A DNA stretch of 64,000 nucleotides, taken from NCBI GenBank assembly GCA_964611035.1, contig CAZSWT010000002.1, positions 7,437-71,436 of the forward strand. Reading direction: 5' to 3'. Under the pieces are notes generated by a model. It had not been told where the DNA came from. It saw nothing but the letters and a program-made list of their open reading frames with translations, and did not search any database. This document shows, in pieces, positions 9,308 to 19,435 of the stretch. The position numbers were made by a program, and so were the translations under genes. The stretch's first letter is position 1. Each line of letters opens with the position of its first letter. This stretch comes from an uncultured Desulfobacteraceae bacterium. GTDB taxonomy: Bacteria; Desulfobacterota; DSM-4660; Desulfatiglandales; B25-G16.

Positions 9308-10117
9308 ATGAAAAAAATACCTATGACCCAACAAAGAAAATATGACGTGAAATTTAAGGCCTCTCTTTCCCTTTTACTTACCATACTACTGCTCCATCTT
9401 TTTATAGCCTCTTCAGATTCATCTGAAAAGTTTCCTAAACCGAAGGGGGCTATCAATGATTATGCCGAGGTTATTACTCCGCAATATGAACGCCCTATGG
9501 ATCTGCTTGCCCGTGAAGTATTGCAGAAGACCGGGACCTCTGTCGTTGTTGTCACCTTGAAAAGTATCGGAGACAATGACCCTGCTGATTATGCAAACAG
9601 GCTGTATGAGGTCTGGGGTATTGGAAAAAAGGGGGAAGATAAAGGGGTGCTTATTTTGCTTGCTGTTGAGGAAAGGAAGGTACGGATTGAAACTGGCTAT
9701 GGTGTTGAAGGAATCTTACCTGACGGACTCGTTGGTGAGATACTCGATACGTATGTAGTACCGTATCTTAAAAAAGGTAACTACGACAAGGGCCTGTCAA
9801 ACGCCCTTGTAGCTGTATCATCAGTGATCGCAAAAGATGCAGGGATTTCTCTCACTGGAAGCAGCACAACAAACTATCAAACGAAAAAAAAGATAAAAGA
9901 AAAATCACGCATCAATCTATTTTCTGTTATTCTGTTTTTCATCGTTTTGACAATGCTCCTTGGTACAAGGCGGGGAAGGACAATACTTCCCTTCATCCTG
10001 CTTATGCTTTTAGCTGGGGGCAGAGGCGGTGGCAGTAGCTTTGGAGGTTTTGGAGGTGGATTTGGAGGTTTTGGCGGTGGCTTGAGCGGTGGGGGAGGTG
10101 CAGGCCGTGGATTTTAA
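9308..10117 (+). CDS. TPM-domain (YgcG-like) membrane protein with Gly-rich tail
   Basis: INDYAEVI...YANRLYEVWGIGKKGEDKGVLILLAVEERKVRIETGYG is the TPM/TLP18.3 fold signature. A TM segment and a GGFGGGFGGFGGG tail follow. The start could be TTG 9293 or ATG 9308. Confidence 0.8.
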   Translation: MKKIPMTQQRKYDVKFKASLSLLLTILLLHLFIASSDSSEKFPKPKGAINDYAEVITPQYERPMDLLAREVLQKTGTSVVVVTLKSIGDNDPADYANRLYEVWGIGKKGEDKGVLILLAVEERKVRIETGYGVEGILPDGLVGEILDTYVVPYLKKGNYDKGLSNALVAVSSVIAKDAGISLTGSSTTNYQTKKKIKEKSRINLFSVILFFIVLTMLLGTRRGRTILPFILLMLLAGGRGGGSSFGGFGGGFGGFGGGLSGGGGAGRGF

Positions 10118-10131
10118 AAAGAGGTACAACA

Positions 10132-10860
10132 ATGAGGAAGATAAAAAAGCCAGAAGAGATATTTGCTGAAATAGAAGGGGATTTTAGGAAAATCTTTAAC
10201 AATTCCCTCATTTCCGTCATTCTTTATGGGAGTGGTGCAGGAAGTGACTTCAATCCTCACACGTCGGATTTGAATTTCCTTATAATCCTTTCAGAAGAAG
10301 CCATAGATCACCTGGATTGGGCTATTGAAACAGTATCCCGATGGAGGAAAAGGAATGTGGCTACACCCTTGTTCATGACACAATCGTATATCCAATCTTC
10401 CCTGGATTCATATCCCCTCGAATTCCTCAACATAAAGAAAAACTACATCCTTGTGTATGGCGAAGATGTACTCAAAGACATATCCATAGAAGGTCCTCAT
10501 CTCAGGCTTCAGTGTGAACGGGAAATCAAAGGTAAACTCCTCCTTTTGCGGGAAGGCTTTCTGGAGACAGAGGGAAAACAAAAGAGGATAAAGGAACTAA
10601 TCAAAACGTCAATCACCGCCTTTATATCTATCTTTAATGGACTTTTACACCTTAAAGGTGTTGAGATACCCCCAACCAGGAGGGAAATTATACAATCGGC
10701 TGCAAAAGAAATACCTATCAACCAGGAGATTTTTATGAAATGCCTGGATATAAAGCAAGGCAAGGCAAAGTTTTCATCATCTGAAATAAAGGACCTCTTT
10801 ACAGCCTATATGATAGAGGTAAGAAAATTATGGGAAGTTGTTGATAAAATGGAAATATAA
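10132..10860 (+). CDS. nucleotidyltransferase-domain protein
   Basis: ILYGSGAGSDFNPHTSDLNFLIIL matches the GS...D.D minimal NTase motif. Confidence 0.55.
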   Translation: MRKIKKPEEIFAEIEGDFRKIFNNSLISVILYGSGAGSDFNPHTSDLNFLIILSEEAIDHLDWAIETVSRWRKRNVATPLFMTQSYIQSSLDSYPLEFLNIKKNYILVYGEDVLKDISIEGPHLRLQCEREIKGKLLLLREGFLETEGKQKRIKELIKTSITAFISIFNGLLHLKGVEIPPTRREIIQSAAKEIPINQEIFMKCLDIKQGKAKFSSSEIKDLFTAYMIEVRKLWEVVDKMEI

Positions 10861-10875
10861 GGAGGGAGGTTACAA

Positions 10876-11454
10876 ATGACCAAAGGAACAAGAAATCTCG
10901 TTATCGCTCTTGCGATAATTGTTATTATTCTCTTCTCTATGTATTCTTTTTTTAAGGGCACGTATAATACCTTTGTGACGCTTGATGAGACGGTCAAGGC
11001 ATCATGGGCACAGGTAGAAAATCAGCTACAGAGACGATATGACCTTATCCCAAACCTTGTGGAAACGGTAAAAGGGTATGCCAAGCAGGAAAGAGATGTT
11101 TTTATTGATGTAACCAAGGCGAGATCACAGGTTGGGAGCGCAGGGAATATACCGGATAAGATCAAGGCAAACAATGGGCTCTCAGGGGCCTTGAGCAGAT
11201 TACTTGTTGTAGTGGAAAGATATCCTGATCTCAAATCAAATCAAAACTTTATGAGGCTTCAGGATGAACTGGCAGGCACAGAGAACAGAATATCTGTTGA
11301 AAGAAGACGCTATAATGAGTCAGTAAAGGCCTACAATGTGAAAATAAGAAGTTTTCCAGCAAATATTCTCGCTGGGATGTATGGGTTTAGCAAGGCCACC
11401 TTCTTTGAAGTTCCCGCAGAAGCAAAGGCCACACCCAAGGTTAAATTTGAATGA
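10876..11454 (+). CDS. lemA: LemA family protein
   Basis: N-terminal TM segment followed by ETVKASWAQVENQLQRRYDLIPNLVETVKGYAKQE...RYPDLKSNQNF. Confidence 0.9.
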   Translation: MTKGTRNLVIALAIIVIILFSMYSFFKGTYNTFVTLDETVKASWAQVENQLQRRYDLIPNLVETVKGYAKQERDVFIDVTKARSQVGSAGNIPDKIKANNGLSGALSRLLVVVERYPDLKSNQNFMRLQDELAGTENRISVERRRYNESVKAYNVKIRSFPANILAGMYGFSKATFFEVPAEAKATPKVKFE

Positions 11455-11533
11455 TTGAGTGAGCATCAAAAACACAGGAAAGGGGTAAAAAACGTAGCCT
11501 TCAGCCACACAATTCCTGCTAAAGAAGTAGTGC

Positions 11534-12163
11534 TTACGTGTGTGCTGAGTATATTTTTTGCTGCAAATCTCTTAAATATGCCTCTGGGTCACGTAATATC
11601 TGCTTATACAGCTCTTTCCCTATAAATCTTTTGCTTTGTTGGGTTAAAAAATATGGTCTATGTTTTCTTACTTCCTGGTACACTCGCTTATCTGGGGGGA
11701 GGATTTTTCTAAAAGTACAGATGACCACTAAATCTATAAAGAGATCTTCATGACCAAATTCCATGTCCTCGGGAGAGAACTCAATAGAAACCCATGAATG
11801 ACCTAATTCGTGCAAAAAACTATACTTCCAATACTCATGCATTTTAAAATCCCTGGCAGGAATTAGGACTTCTGCAAAAAGACTTTCATCATATGCATCT
11901 CGAAATTTAGTGCTTGACCCTCTTTGTAATTCCTCATCCACGAGTATGAAAAGATCAATAGGATCAAATTTTATATGATACTCGCGGCAGACTTCACTGA
12001 AAGATCTACATAACTCCTCAAAGGCTTTTATCGCCTTTTCTTCATCTATCTCAAGGAGTTCTTTGAAAATCGTTGCTTGTATTTGGATTTTATTGGGGCC
12101 AAAATCGAAGTCAATAAGTTCAGCCGTGAGATCTGGATATTTTGTCTGCAATGTTTCATCCAC
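11534..12163 (-). CDS. hypothetical protein with HExxH motif
   Basis: 209-codon ORF containing FLHELGHSW. No further similarity recognised. Confidence 0.45.
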   Translation of the reverse strand: MDETLQTKYPDLTAELIDFDFGPNKIQIQATIFKELLEIDEEKAIKAFEELCRSFSEVCREYHIKFDPIDLFILVDEELQRGSSTKFRDAYDESLFAEVLIPARDFKMHEYWKYSFLHELGHSWVSIEFSPEDMEFGHEDLFIDLVVICTFRKILPPDKRVYQEVRKHRPYFLTQQSKRFIGKELYKQILRDPEAYLRDLQQKIYSAHT

Positions 12164-12459
12164 TACACACCTCCTATCGTATTTTCGCCCTCTGTTGCTT
12201 CATGGGAAAGGTGAGACTGATATATATTTTTTATACCCGCGCGCTGTTCTACTACAATTCTGCTGATTGTGTCGTACCGCTGTGGCAACCTGTAGAGTGC
12301 CATACCTTGATTATTCTATTAATATCAATACATTAGATCATACCTATATTGCCTTAATTTTTCGTGCGTGTCAAGCAAGAAATAATGCAAAAAAGTCCTT
12401 TAAAAATTACACCGCATAGTGTTAATGAATTGATGAGCAGTAAGGACAGTTTCTTGATA

Positions 12460-13515
12460 TTATTTTGAAATATCCGTTGTTATTTCCTTTAAATATTTTG
12501 CATTTTCTTCAGGGCTCGTACTGTTTAGATATATACCGGAGCCTAATTCAAATCCTGCCACTTTATAGAGTTTTGGAAGTATTTGGAGATGCCAATGACA
12601 ATAGTCCGCAGGGTCCTCTTGATATGGTGCCGAATAAATCATGTAATTATAATCCGGATTATCAAGACCATGATACAATCTTTGTAGAATATCAATTAAC
12701 ACTCTGGCTAAATCTTTCCTTTCAATAGGAGAGATTTTTGCAAATGAAGCCCTGTGTTTTTTTGGAAGAATCCACGTTTCAAAAGGACTTCGTGAGAAAA
12801 AGGGAGCAAAAGCAATAAAATGCTCAGTTTCTGATATTATCCTTTTTCCTGAAATCTTTTCCTGCTCTATCAAATTGCAATATATACACCTGCCCATGGT
12901 ATCGAAATATCTCACCGCCTCCTCTATCATATGTCTGATATGAATTGGTATAATTGGGCTGGCAATTATCTGGGAATGCGGATGCTGTAATGATGTGCCG
13001 GCTCCTGGGCCATTATTTCTAAATATAGTTATTAGCTCGACATTGGGTTTTTCTATAAGCGCCTGGTATCGTTCAATGTATGATGAGATTATAAGCTCAA
13101 CTGATTTATATGGCATTGTGGCAATGGTCTGGAAGTGTTCTGGATGTTCAATTACGACCTCATGATAGCCTACTCCGTTCATTTTTATGAAAAAATTTCC
13201 CGCGCCCTCTGTAATTCGAGATGGTTCCCCACCTTCAACTAAGGCAGGAAACTTATTTTGCACAACCCTAAGAGTCCATTTAGATTGCGCATCCTCACCA
13301 GGCTCTTCATAATAGGCCAGAATAGCTTTTCCACAGATCTCTTCATTGCCTGGGCAAAATGGGCATTTCGCTTTCTCTTCCCTATCCCGTTTAGTTATTC
13401 TTTGCTGGGCCTTGTGATGCTTAAATTGATCAGGCCGCTTACGTCGCTCTGGAGCTATTATTACCCAGTCTTTTGTAATAGGATTTTGTCGTAATTCGGA
13501 CATGGTATTCACCAT
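12460..13515 (-). CDS. galT: galactose-1-phosphate uridylyltransferase family (HIT superfamily) protein
   Basis: CPFCPGNE zinc site and SLQHPHSQI, the His-Pro-His active site. Confidence 0.8.
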   Translation of the reverse strand: MVNTMSELRQNPITKDWVIIAPERRKRPDQFKHHKAQQRITKRDREEKAKCPFCPGNEEICGKAILAYYEEPGEDAQSKWTLRVVQNKFPALVEGGEPSRITEGAGNFFIKMNGVGYHEVVIEHPEHFQTIATMPYKSVELIISSYIERYQALIEKPNVELITIFRNNGPGAGTSLQHPHSQIIASPIIPIHIRHMIEEAVRYFDTMGRCIYCNLIEQEKISGKRIISETEHFIAFAPFFSRSPFETWILPKKHRASFAKISPIERKDLARVLIDILQRLYHGLDNPDYNYMIYSAPYQEDPADYCHWHLQILPKLYKVAGFELGSGIYLNSTSPEENAKYLKEITTDISK

Positions 13516-13805
13516 TTTTTGTTAGTTGAGGCCTATAGTATTTATTTGCCGTTACTTTTTCAATTGAAAAGCTCAATTTTTTTGAGCATTTTGCGTAAGA
13601 TTGTAAAGAGGGTAGGGTTCCCACGCAATTTATATTTACAAACATCTCACTATAGGTTTAGAGTTTGATAGATGCAGAGGTGATGTGTGTGAAAGATGTA
13701 GTAATGGCAAAGTATAGTATATTAATTTGCTGGTAGGGCAATAGCAATACGGAACTGTTATGTTTACAATCATTGATAATAGATTGGTTGAAATGTGGAG
13801 GAGTT

Positions 13806-14573
13806 ATGATCGAAGTAGTTTTTTTGGGTGTTGGCGAGGCATTTGACGAGAAGCTTCCAAACACATCTATTTTGATTCGTTATAGGGCAGGAGCCACCCC
13901 TGTCACATTGCTGCTCGACTGCGGCTTTACTGCTCCGCCTCAGTTCTGGAGAGAAGAGCCAGATGCTGATATACTGGACGGTATATGGATTTCCCATTTT
14001 CACGGTGACCATTGCCTGGGGATTCCTGCATTATTGGTTCGCTTCTGGGAAGAAGGACGTAAAAAGGCGTTAACACTTTTAGGACAAAAGGGAATAGCTA
14101 CCTTCATGCGCAAATCTCTTGATCTGGCCTATCCTAGTATGTATGAAAGATTAAGATTCCCACTCAAGTTTTTAGAGGTGGAGCCAGGGAAGGAGGTAAC
14201 GATTTTCGGCCTTATTTTTCAGTCTGCTGTTGCCAGTCATTCCCAAAGAGATCTGGCCTTGAGAATAGACGCACAAGAAAAATCAATCTATTACAGTGGT
14301 GATGGCAAGGCCACACCTGAAAGCATGGCCCTTGCGAAGGGCAGCCAACTTATCATCCATGAGGCTTTCTCTTTAGAGGTCGAAATCCCAGGACACGGAA
14401 CCGTTACTGGATCGATTAAGATGGCAAAAGAATGTGGCGCATCTAACCTTGCCCTTGTCCATATACAAAGAAAGGTGCGAAGCCAGCTGATTGATGAGAT
14501 GCAAAGATTCACACAGATGGCAGGATCACTAAACCTGATGGTTCCAGAACCTGGTTTTAGGATAACGCTTTAA
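13806..14573 (+). CDS. MBL-fold metallo-hydrolase (RNase Z-like)
   Basis: ISHFHGDHCLG motif. ATG 13806 sits behind GGAGGAG. Confidence 0.7.
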   Translation: MIEVVFLGVGEAFDEKLPNTSILIRYRAGATPVTLLLDCGFTAPPQFWREEPDADILDGIWISHFHGDHCLGIPALLVRFWEEGRKKALTLLGQKGIATFMRKSLDLAYPSMYERLRFPLKFLEVEPGKEVTIFGLIFQSAVASHSQRDLALRIDAQEKSIYYSGDGKATPESMALAKGSQLIIHEAFSLEVEIPGHGTVTGSIKMAKECGASNLALVHIQRKVRSQLIDEMQRFTQMAGSLNLMVPEPGFRITL

Positions 14574-14701
14574 CGTATAATCTCCTCTCGCTGATAGTGT
14601 ATGAATTGTGAAGGGAGCCAATGAAAGAAACAAAAAAAGGACAATTGAAATTACAAAATTCTGGGAAGCTCGTGTTAAACTCACGCTATATTTTTTATAT
14701 T

Positions 14702-14730
14702 TTGACATTCACGCTATATTTTACTATAAT
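14702..14730 (+). promoter_or_regulatory. consensus sigma70-type promoter (TTGACA-17-TATAAT)
   Basis: TTGACA 14702-14707, a 17-nt spacer, and TATAAT 14725-14730. TCACGCTATATTTT occurs twice (14681 and 14709). The nearest downstream gene is the PilZ CDS at 14977. Confidence 0.45.
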
Positions 14731-14744
14731 ATAAATTTAAGAAA

Positions 14745-14865
14745 GTCGTAAAAAATCAAAAAGCATCCATTTTCGTCATTCCCGCGAAAGCGGGAATCCA
14801 GTGATTTCAAGATGATATGGATGCCGGATCAAGTCCGGCATGACGGTTTTGAGACTTTTTGCGAG
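14745..14865. repeat. MITE-like palindromic element (CGTAAAAAGTC family) containing two internal hairpins
   Basis: Arms are GTCGTAAAAAATC (14745) and GACTTTTTGCGAG (ending 14865). Inner hairpins are ATTCCCGCGAAAGCGGGAAT and ATGCCGGATCAAGTCCGGCAT. Confidence 0.6.
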
Positions 14866-14976
14866 TTTGCCAGATTCAGGTAATACTAAAAATAAGTCTA
14901 TCAACAGTAATGGGCTTTATATCAATTAAAAAACGTATCATAGCCTCTATATATTCCTCTTATAAGGAGTTTTCGA

Positions 14977-15399
14977 ATGACTACTTTGGAGATACAATCG
15001 AATGAATCCAGAATTACTGCCCGTTTGATTGAATTGATTAAGAATATGTCCGAAGACGAGCAGCGAACTCTTTTGAAAGACTTAGAGGGAAGGCCATTTG
15101 AAGGAAGAAGAAAACATGTGAGGAAACCCTTCCTTATGGCCGTAGATTACTCTACTCAGGATCATGTCTACAAGGATTTCATTCAAGATATAAGTTCTGG
15201 CGGAGTGTTTATACAAACCCATATGCCATTTACTGTTGGGCAAGAGGTTTCGCTGACTTTTCCGCTCCCCAACTACCAGAAACATATCAAGGTTATAGGC
15301 GAAGTTGTCAGGTCTACCCCTCAGGGAGTCGGTGTGAAATTCAAGATGGCCGACAAAGACCAGGAGTCGATGATTACATCCCTTTTGGAGCCAATTTAG
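14977..15399 (+). CDS. PilZ domain protein
   Basis: RRKHVR (RxxxR) and DISSGG (DxSxxG). SD AAGGAG lies upstream. Confidence 0.7.
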   Translation: MTTLEIQSNESRITARLIELIKNMSEDEQRTLLKDLEGRPFEGRRKHVRKPFLMAVDYSTQDHVYKDFIQDISSGGVFIQTHMPFTVGQEVSLTFPLPNYQKHIKVIGEVVRSTPQGVGVKFKMADKDQESMITSLLEPI

Positions 15400-15650
15400 G
15401 CCTTTTCCGGCTCATCAGGTTCCTTCATTGTCTATCTTTCACAAAGGATCTGATCACCATCAGCAGTATCAATTCTTACCGCTCTATCGCGTGATACCTT
15501 CCCGATTTTTATCTCTTTTGAGAACAAATGTGGGCCAACGTCTATTAAAGAGTAATTATTGAGGGTATAAAAATGATGATTGCTGAAACAATTATGCGGA
15601 GGTGATAAAAAGAAGCTCGAAGTAGTTCATCAACCTTCGATGGGAGAAAA

Positions 15651-16694
15651 TTGATGAAAATCATTGATTTGCGTAGTGACACTGTTACATTGCCAACGGA
15701 ACAGATGCGGCAGGCTATGTATCATGCGGAGCTGGGTGATGATGTATATGGTGAGGATCCATCTACTCAACGCCTTGAGAAGATGGCCGCTGAACTGATG
15801 GGAAAGGAAGCGGCGCTTCTGGTCCCGAGCGGGACAATGGGTAACCTAATATGTATGCTTACTCATTGCGCCAGGGGAGAAGAAGTAATCCTGGGTGATG
15901 CGTCGCATATGTTTATTAACGAAGCTGGTGGCATGTCAGCATTGGGTGGAATACAGCCGCATATTATTCCCAATCAGCCTGATGGTACATTACGTTTAGA
16001 GGATATCGAGGCTGCCATTCGTGGCGATAACATACACTTTCCACGCACAAGGCTGATCTGCCTTGAGAACACCCATAACCGTTGCAATGGAGCTGCCCTT
16101 ACCTCTCAGTATATTGAATCAGTCGCAGCACTGGCAAGACGGTATGACCTCCTATTACACCTCGATGGTGCTCGGATATTCAACGCCGCTGTTGCCTTGG
16201 GAGTAGATGTCAAGGAATTGACTCAAAGTGTTGATTCCCTGATTTTTTGCTTGTCAAAGGGGCTTTCCTCACCAGTTGGGTCAATTGTGTGTGGTTCGAA
16301 AGAATTCATTGCCAGAGCACTACGGACACGTAAGATATTAGGCGGTGGAATGCGCCAGACAGGGGTCATTGCTGCACCAGGAACTATTGCCCTGGAACAG
16401 ATGGTTGATCGATTGGCAGAGGATCATATCAATGCCCGCTGCCTTGCCGAAGGTATTGCTCAGATTCCTGGATTGTCAATTAACCTCGAAAGGGTACAGA
16501 CGAATATTATTTATTTTGATCTTGTCAGTGATAAAATTGTGAGAGATGTGTTCATGAAGCAGCTTGAAAAGAAAGGAATCAAGCTATTGGCCACAGGACC
16601 ATCTCGTTTTCGAGTGGTGACGCACTATGGAATTAGCTCAGAGGATATTAATGCGACCTTGATGCGTTTAGGAGAGATAATGGGGCAGTCGTAG
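15651..16694 (+). CDS. ltaE: low-specificity L-threonine aldolase
   Basis: DLRSDTVTLPT, GDDVYGEDPS, HLDGARIFNA and CLSKGL (PLP lysine context). Confidence 0.85.
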   Translation: MMKIIDLRSDTVTLPTEQMRQAMYHAELGDDVYGEDPSTQRLEKMAAELMGKEAALLVPSGTMGNLICMLTHCARGEEVILGDASHMFINEAGGMSALGGIQPHIIPNQPDGTLRLEDIEAAIRGDNIHFPRTRLICLENTHNRCNGAALTSQYIESVAALARRYDLLLHLDGARIFNAAVALGVDVKELTQSVDSLIFCLSKGLSSPVGSIVCGSKEFIARALRTRKILGGGMRQTGVIAAPGTIALEQMVDRLAEDHINARCLAEGIAQIPGLSINLERVQTNIIYFDLVSDKIVRDVFMKQLEKKGIKLLATGPSRFRVVTHYGISSEDINATLMRLGEIMGQS

Positions 16695-16739
16695 TTGAGT
16701 CCTGGGCATAAGGTTCTAATGGATCCTAAGATTGATAGT

Positions 16740-16863
16740 CTCGTAAAAAGTCATTTTAATCGCTCATGATGCCCATTTTGGGATTCATGAAATGCTTTGC
16801 TCAACATTTTATGAATCTTTTTCCAAAAGTGGCCAAAATCGCTCGCAAAAGACTTTTTAAGAG
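16740..16863. repeat. MITE-like palindromic element (CGTAAAAAGTC family)
   Basis: Arms are CTCGTAAAAAGTC and GACTTTTTAAGAG. The inner palindrome is TTCATGAAATG...CATTTTATGAA. Confidence 0.6.
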
Positions 16864-16894
16864 TTTGTAAGGATTAAACTAACATATTAAATAG

Positions 16895-18010
16895 TTAGGA
16901 TAAATAACTGATTATAATATTTAATATACTACGAATAGGCTCTGCGGCACCCCAGAGGAGCTGGTCTCCCACAGTAAAGGCAGCCACATATTCAGGCCCT
17001 AAGAGCATCTTTCGCAGTCTACCTACGGGAATGGTCAGTGTAGAGTTTACCGCCGCAGGTGTTAAGAATTGAAGGGTAGATTCTTTATCATTAGGGATTA
17101 GTTTCACCCACTGATTGCCCTTTTCAATTATCTCGGAGACTTCATCAAGAGGTATATCTTTATCAAGCTTGATCGTCAGGCCCTGACTGTGGCATCTCAT
17201 GGCACCCACGCGAACGCATAGACCGTCTACGGGTATCGGTTTTTTTGTTTGCAAAATCTTGTTTGTTTCAGCGGAGCCTTTCCATTCCTCTCTGGTCTGT
17301 CCGGATTCCATTGCAGAGTCAATCCATGGAATCAGACTGCCAGCAAGAGGAGCCGAAAAATTTTCAACTGGAAATGTGTTGCTTCTCAATTCCTTTGTCA
17401 CAACCTCATCAATGGCTATGGCCGTGGATGCCGGGTCATCAAGCAGGGTTCTGGAGGCATCCCCGAGGATGGTCATTTGGGAAATCAACTCTTTCATGTG
17501 CCTGGCACCGGCGCCTGATGCGGACTGATAGGTCATAGAAGATACCCACTCAATATGACCCGAGGCAAAAAGGCCTGAAAGGGCCATAAGCATCAGACTT
17601 ACGGTACAGTTCCCACCCACATAGGTTTTGATTCCTGATGATAATCCAGCGTCTATCACAGCCATGTTTACAGGGTCCAGGACAATAATGCTATCATCCT
17701 TCATACGCAGGGCAGACGCAGAATCTATCCAGTAGCCTTTCCACCCCTGGTTGCTTAATTCGGGGTACACTTTCTTTGTATACTCACCTCCCTGGCAGGT
17801 CAGAATAATATCCATTGATGAAAGGAGCTGGATGTCAAAGGCATCCTTTAATGGAGCAATGTCAAGGCCCACATCAGGGCCTTTCCCATTGACATTTGAG
17901 GTAGTAAAAAATATTGGCTCAAAACCTTTAAAGTCCTGTTCTTCTTGCATACGGCCCAACAGAACTGATCCAACCATACCTCGCCACCCAATAAAACCGA
18001 TTCGTAACAT
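16895..18010 (-). CDS. asd: aspartate-semialdehyde dehydrogenase
   Basis: [14 protein letters not shown] and the GGNCTVSLM active-site Cys context. ATG at 18010 sits behind AAGGAGGG and is preferred over the TTG at 18061. Confidence 0.9.
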   Translation of the reverse strand: MLRIGFIGWRGMVGSVLLGRMQEEQDFKGFEPIFFTTSNVNGKGPDVGLDIAPLKDAFDIQLLSSMDIILTCQGGEYTKKVYPELSNQGWKGYWIDSASALRMKDDSIIVLDPVNMAVIDAGLSSGIKTYVGGNCTVSLMLMALSGLFASGHIEWVSSMTYQSASGAGARHMKELISQMTILGDASRTLLDDPASTAIAIDEVVTKELRSNTFPVENFSAPLAGSLIPWIDSAMESGQTREEWKGSAETNKILQTKKPIPVDGLCVRVGAMRCHSQGLTIKLDKDIPLDEVSEIIEKGNQWVKLIPNDKESTLQFLTPAAVNSTLTIPVGRLRKMLLGPEYVAAFTVGDQLLWGAAEPIRSILNIIISYLS

Positions 18011-18088
18011 TATGCCCTCCTTACAGCTCGATTTTTCACATAAAATGTTATATAAACGCAATCTCTCATCGCTTCAAGGAAAAAATGT

Positions 18089-18319
18089 AACCGTTCACAG
18101 GTTCAGGGTTCAACGTTCACGGTTAAGGACAAATAAGGGCATTGAAGACCCGAAGTCTTCGTTAAAAATGCTCATTTTCCCAAGTAATTGTCAATTTGGC
18201 TCCAAATTTTGGATTAGGCCTGACGCAGCTGACGCTTTTCTCGTAAATACGCAACCCAAATGCAGACCGGGGACGAGAATGGAACCTTGAACCACTGAAC
18301 CTTTAAACCCATGAACGCC
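18089..18319. repeat. inverted-repeat element built on GTTCA words
   Basis: The left arm CCGTTCACAGGTTCAGGGTTCAACGTTCACGGTT matches the reverse complement of GGAACCTTGAACCACTGAACCTTTAAACCCATGAACGCC in most positions by eye. Confidence 0.5.
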
Positions 18320-18411
18320 TACGAAAAAATTTAGCGCTGCCTTTTAATCCTACAGCCCAAAGAGCAAAAATGTGGGCGGCCAATAAGTTATTTCCTTTTT
18401 TGAAGCCGCTT

Positions 18412-19182
18412 TTAGGAGGGAGGGGTCGTTGGCATCTCAAGCATATCCCCTAACACATGAGAGACCGATTCATGGATCACCAGGTTTGCCCTGGAATCAA
18501 GGGGTGTTTCATCGCGATTTATTATCATCAGCTTTGCACCGCTTTGAACTGCTGTAAGAGGAACAGAAGCAGCAGGATATACCACGAGTGAAGAACCTAA
18601 TACGATACAGAGGTCACATTCGTGAGCGTGTGTAATTGCTTGTGCCATCTTTTCTTCAGGCATGGCCTGGCCAAATGAGATAGTATCTGGTTTGAGGATG
18701 CCGGAGCAGTCGTCACAATACGGGACTTTCACGCCTGATTGTATCCGTTGTTGGATTTCATCCCTGTCATATTTTTTTCCACAACTGAGACATGAAACTG
18801 AAAAAGCGGTACCGTGAATTTCAATGATTTTGTCTGGCGAGTTTCCTGACTTGTGGTGAAGCCAGTCGATGTTCTGGGTGACTACTGATAGGAGCTTCCC
18901 CATGTCTTCCAGAACTTTAATCGCACGGTGAGCACGGTTTGGGACAGCATCTTTCATAGTCTGATAAAACTCTGTGCTCATCTGCCAGTATTTTTCCCTG
19001 GTGTTTTCATCCGATATAATTTTCTCAAAGAGAAAATCTGATGGATCGTACCTGCTCCAGACACCTCCCGGGCTTCTGAAATCAGGAATACCTGATTCCG
19101 TACTCAGTCCGGCGCCTGAGAACACGAGAATCTTTTCAGATTTTTGTATCATATCTGCGCCTTTGGCAATCAATGGATCCAT
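18412..19182 (-). CDS. cobB: NAD-dependent protein deacylase (Sir2 family)
   Basis: FSGAGLSTESGIPDFRS, TQNIDWLH and the Zn site CLSC...CDDC. Confidence 0.85.
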   Translation of the reverse strand: MDPLIAKGADMIQKSEKILVFSGAGLSTESGIPDFRSPGGVWSRYDPSDFLFEKIISDENTREKYWQMSTEFYQTMKDAVPNRAHRAIKVLEDMGKLLSVVTQNIDWLHHKSGNSPDKIIEIHGTAFSVSCLSCGKKYDRDEIQQRIQSGVKVPYCDDCSGILKPDTISFGQAMPEEKMAQAITHAHECDLCIVLGSSLVVYPAASVPLTAVQSGAKLMIINRDETPLDSRANLVIHESVSHVLGDMLEMPTTPPS

Positions 19183-19435
19183 ACGCTCTTGTCCCCTTAA
19201 TTTTTCTCCATGGATGTGTAATTAAGGTCAGCTCATCCTACAGAAAATAACATCAATTCTGCGCTGTAAGTTTCCTGAAATATGTATAGAACCTGTAAAA
19301 TATATTCACTGGATACAGTTTATATAAAAAGGCTTCCCCATTCAACAGCAAAAAAAGACACTCACGTCTTTTGTGATGTGTTTGAGCAGGTATAAAATGG
19401 ACCGTACCAAGGCATATAAAATGGTATGTATACGT

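Noticed and set aside
15400-15560. Minus-strand open frame (...LIDVGPHLFSKEIKIGKVSRDRAVRIDTADGDQILCER*) in the PilZ-ltaE spacer
   Set aside because: No start codon, no RBS, fewer than 50 codons and no recognisable family. It may be a gene remnant but is unsupported.
17199-17538. Three overlapping plus-strand ORFs (89-109 aa) and the 179-aa ORF 17751-18290, all antisense to asd
   Set aside because: They lie opposite a well-supported, locally GC-richer gene. They overlap each other in different frames and show no motifs. The 179-aa ORF runs on into the repeat element. These are typical shadow ORFs.
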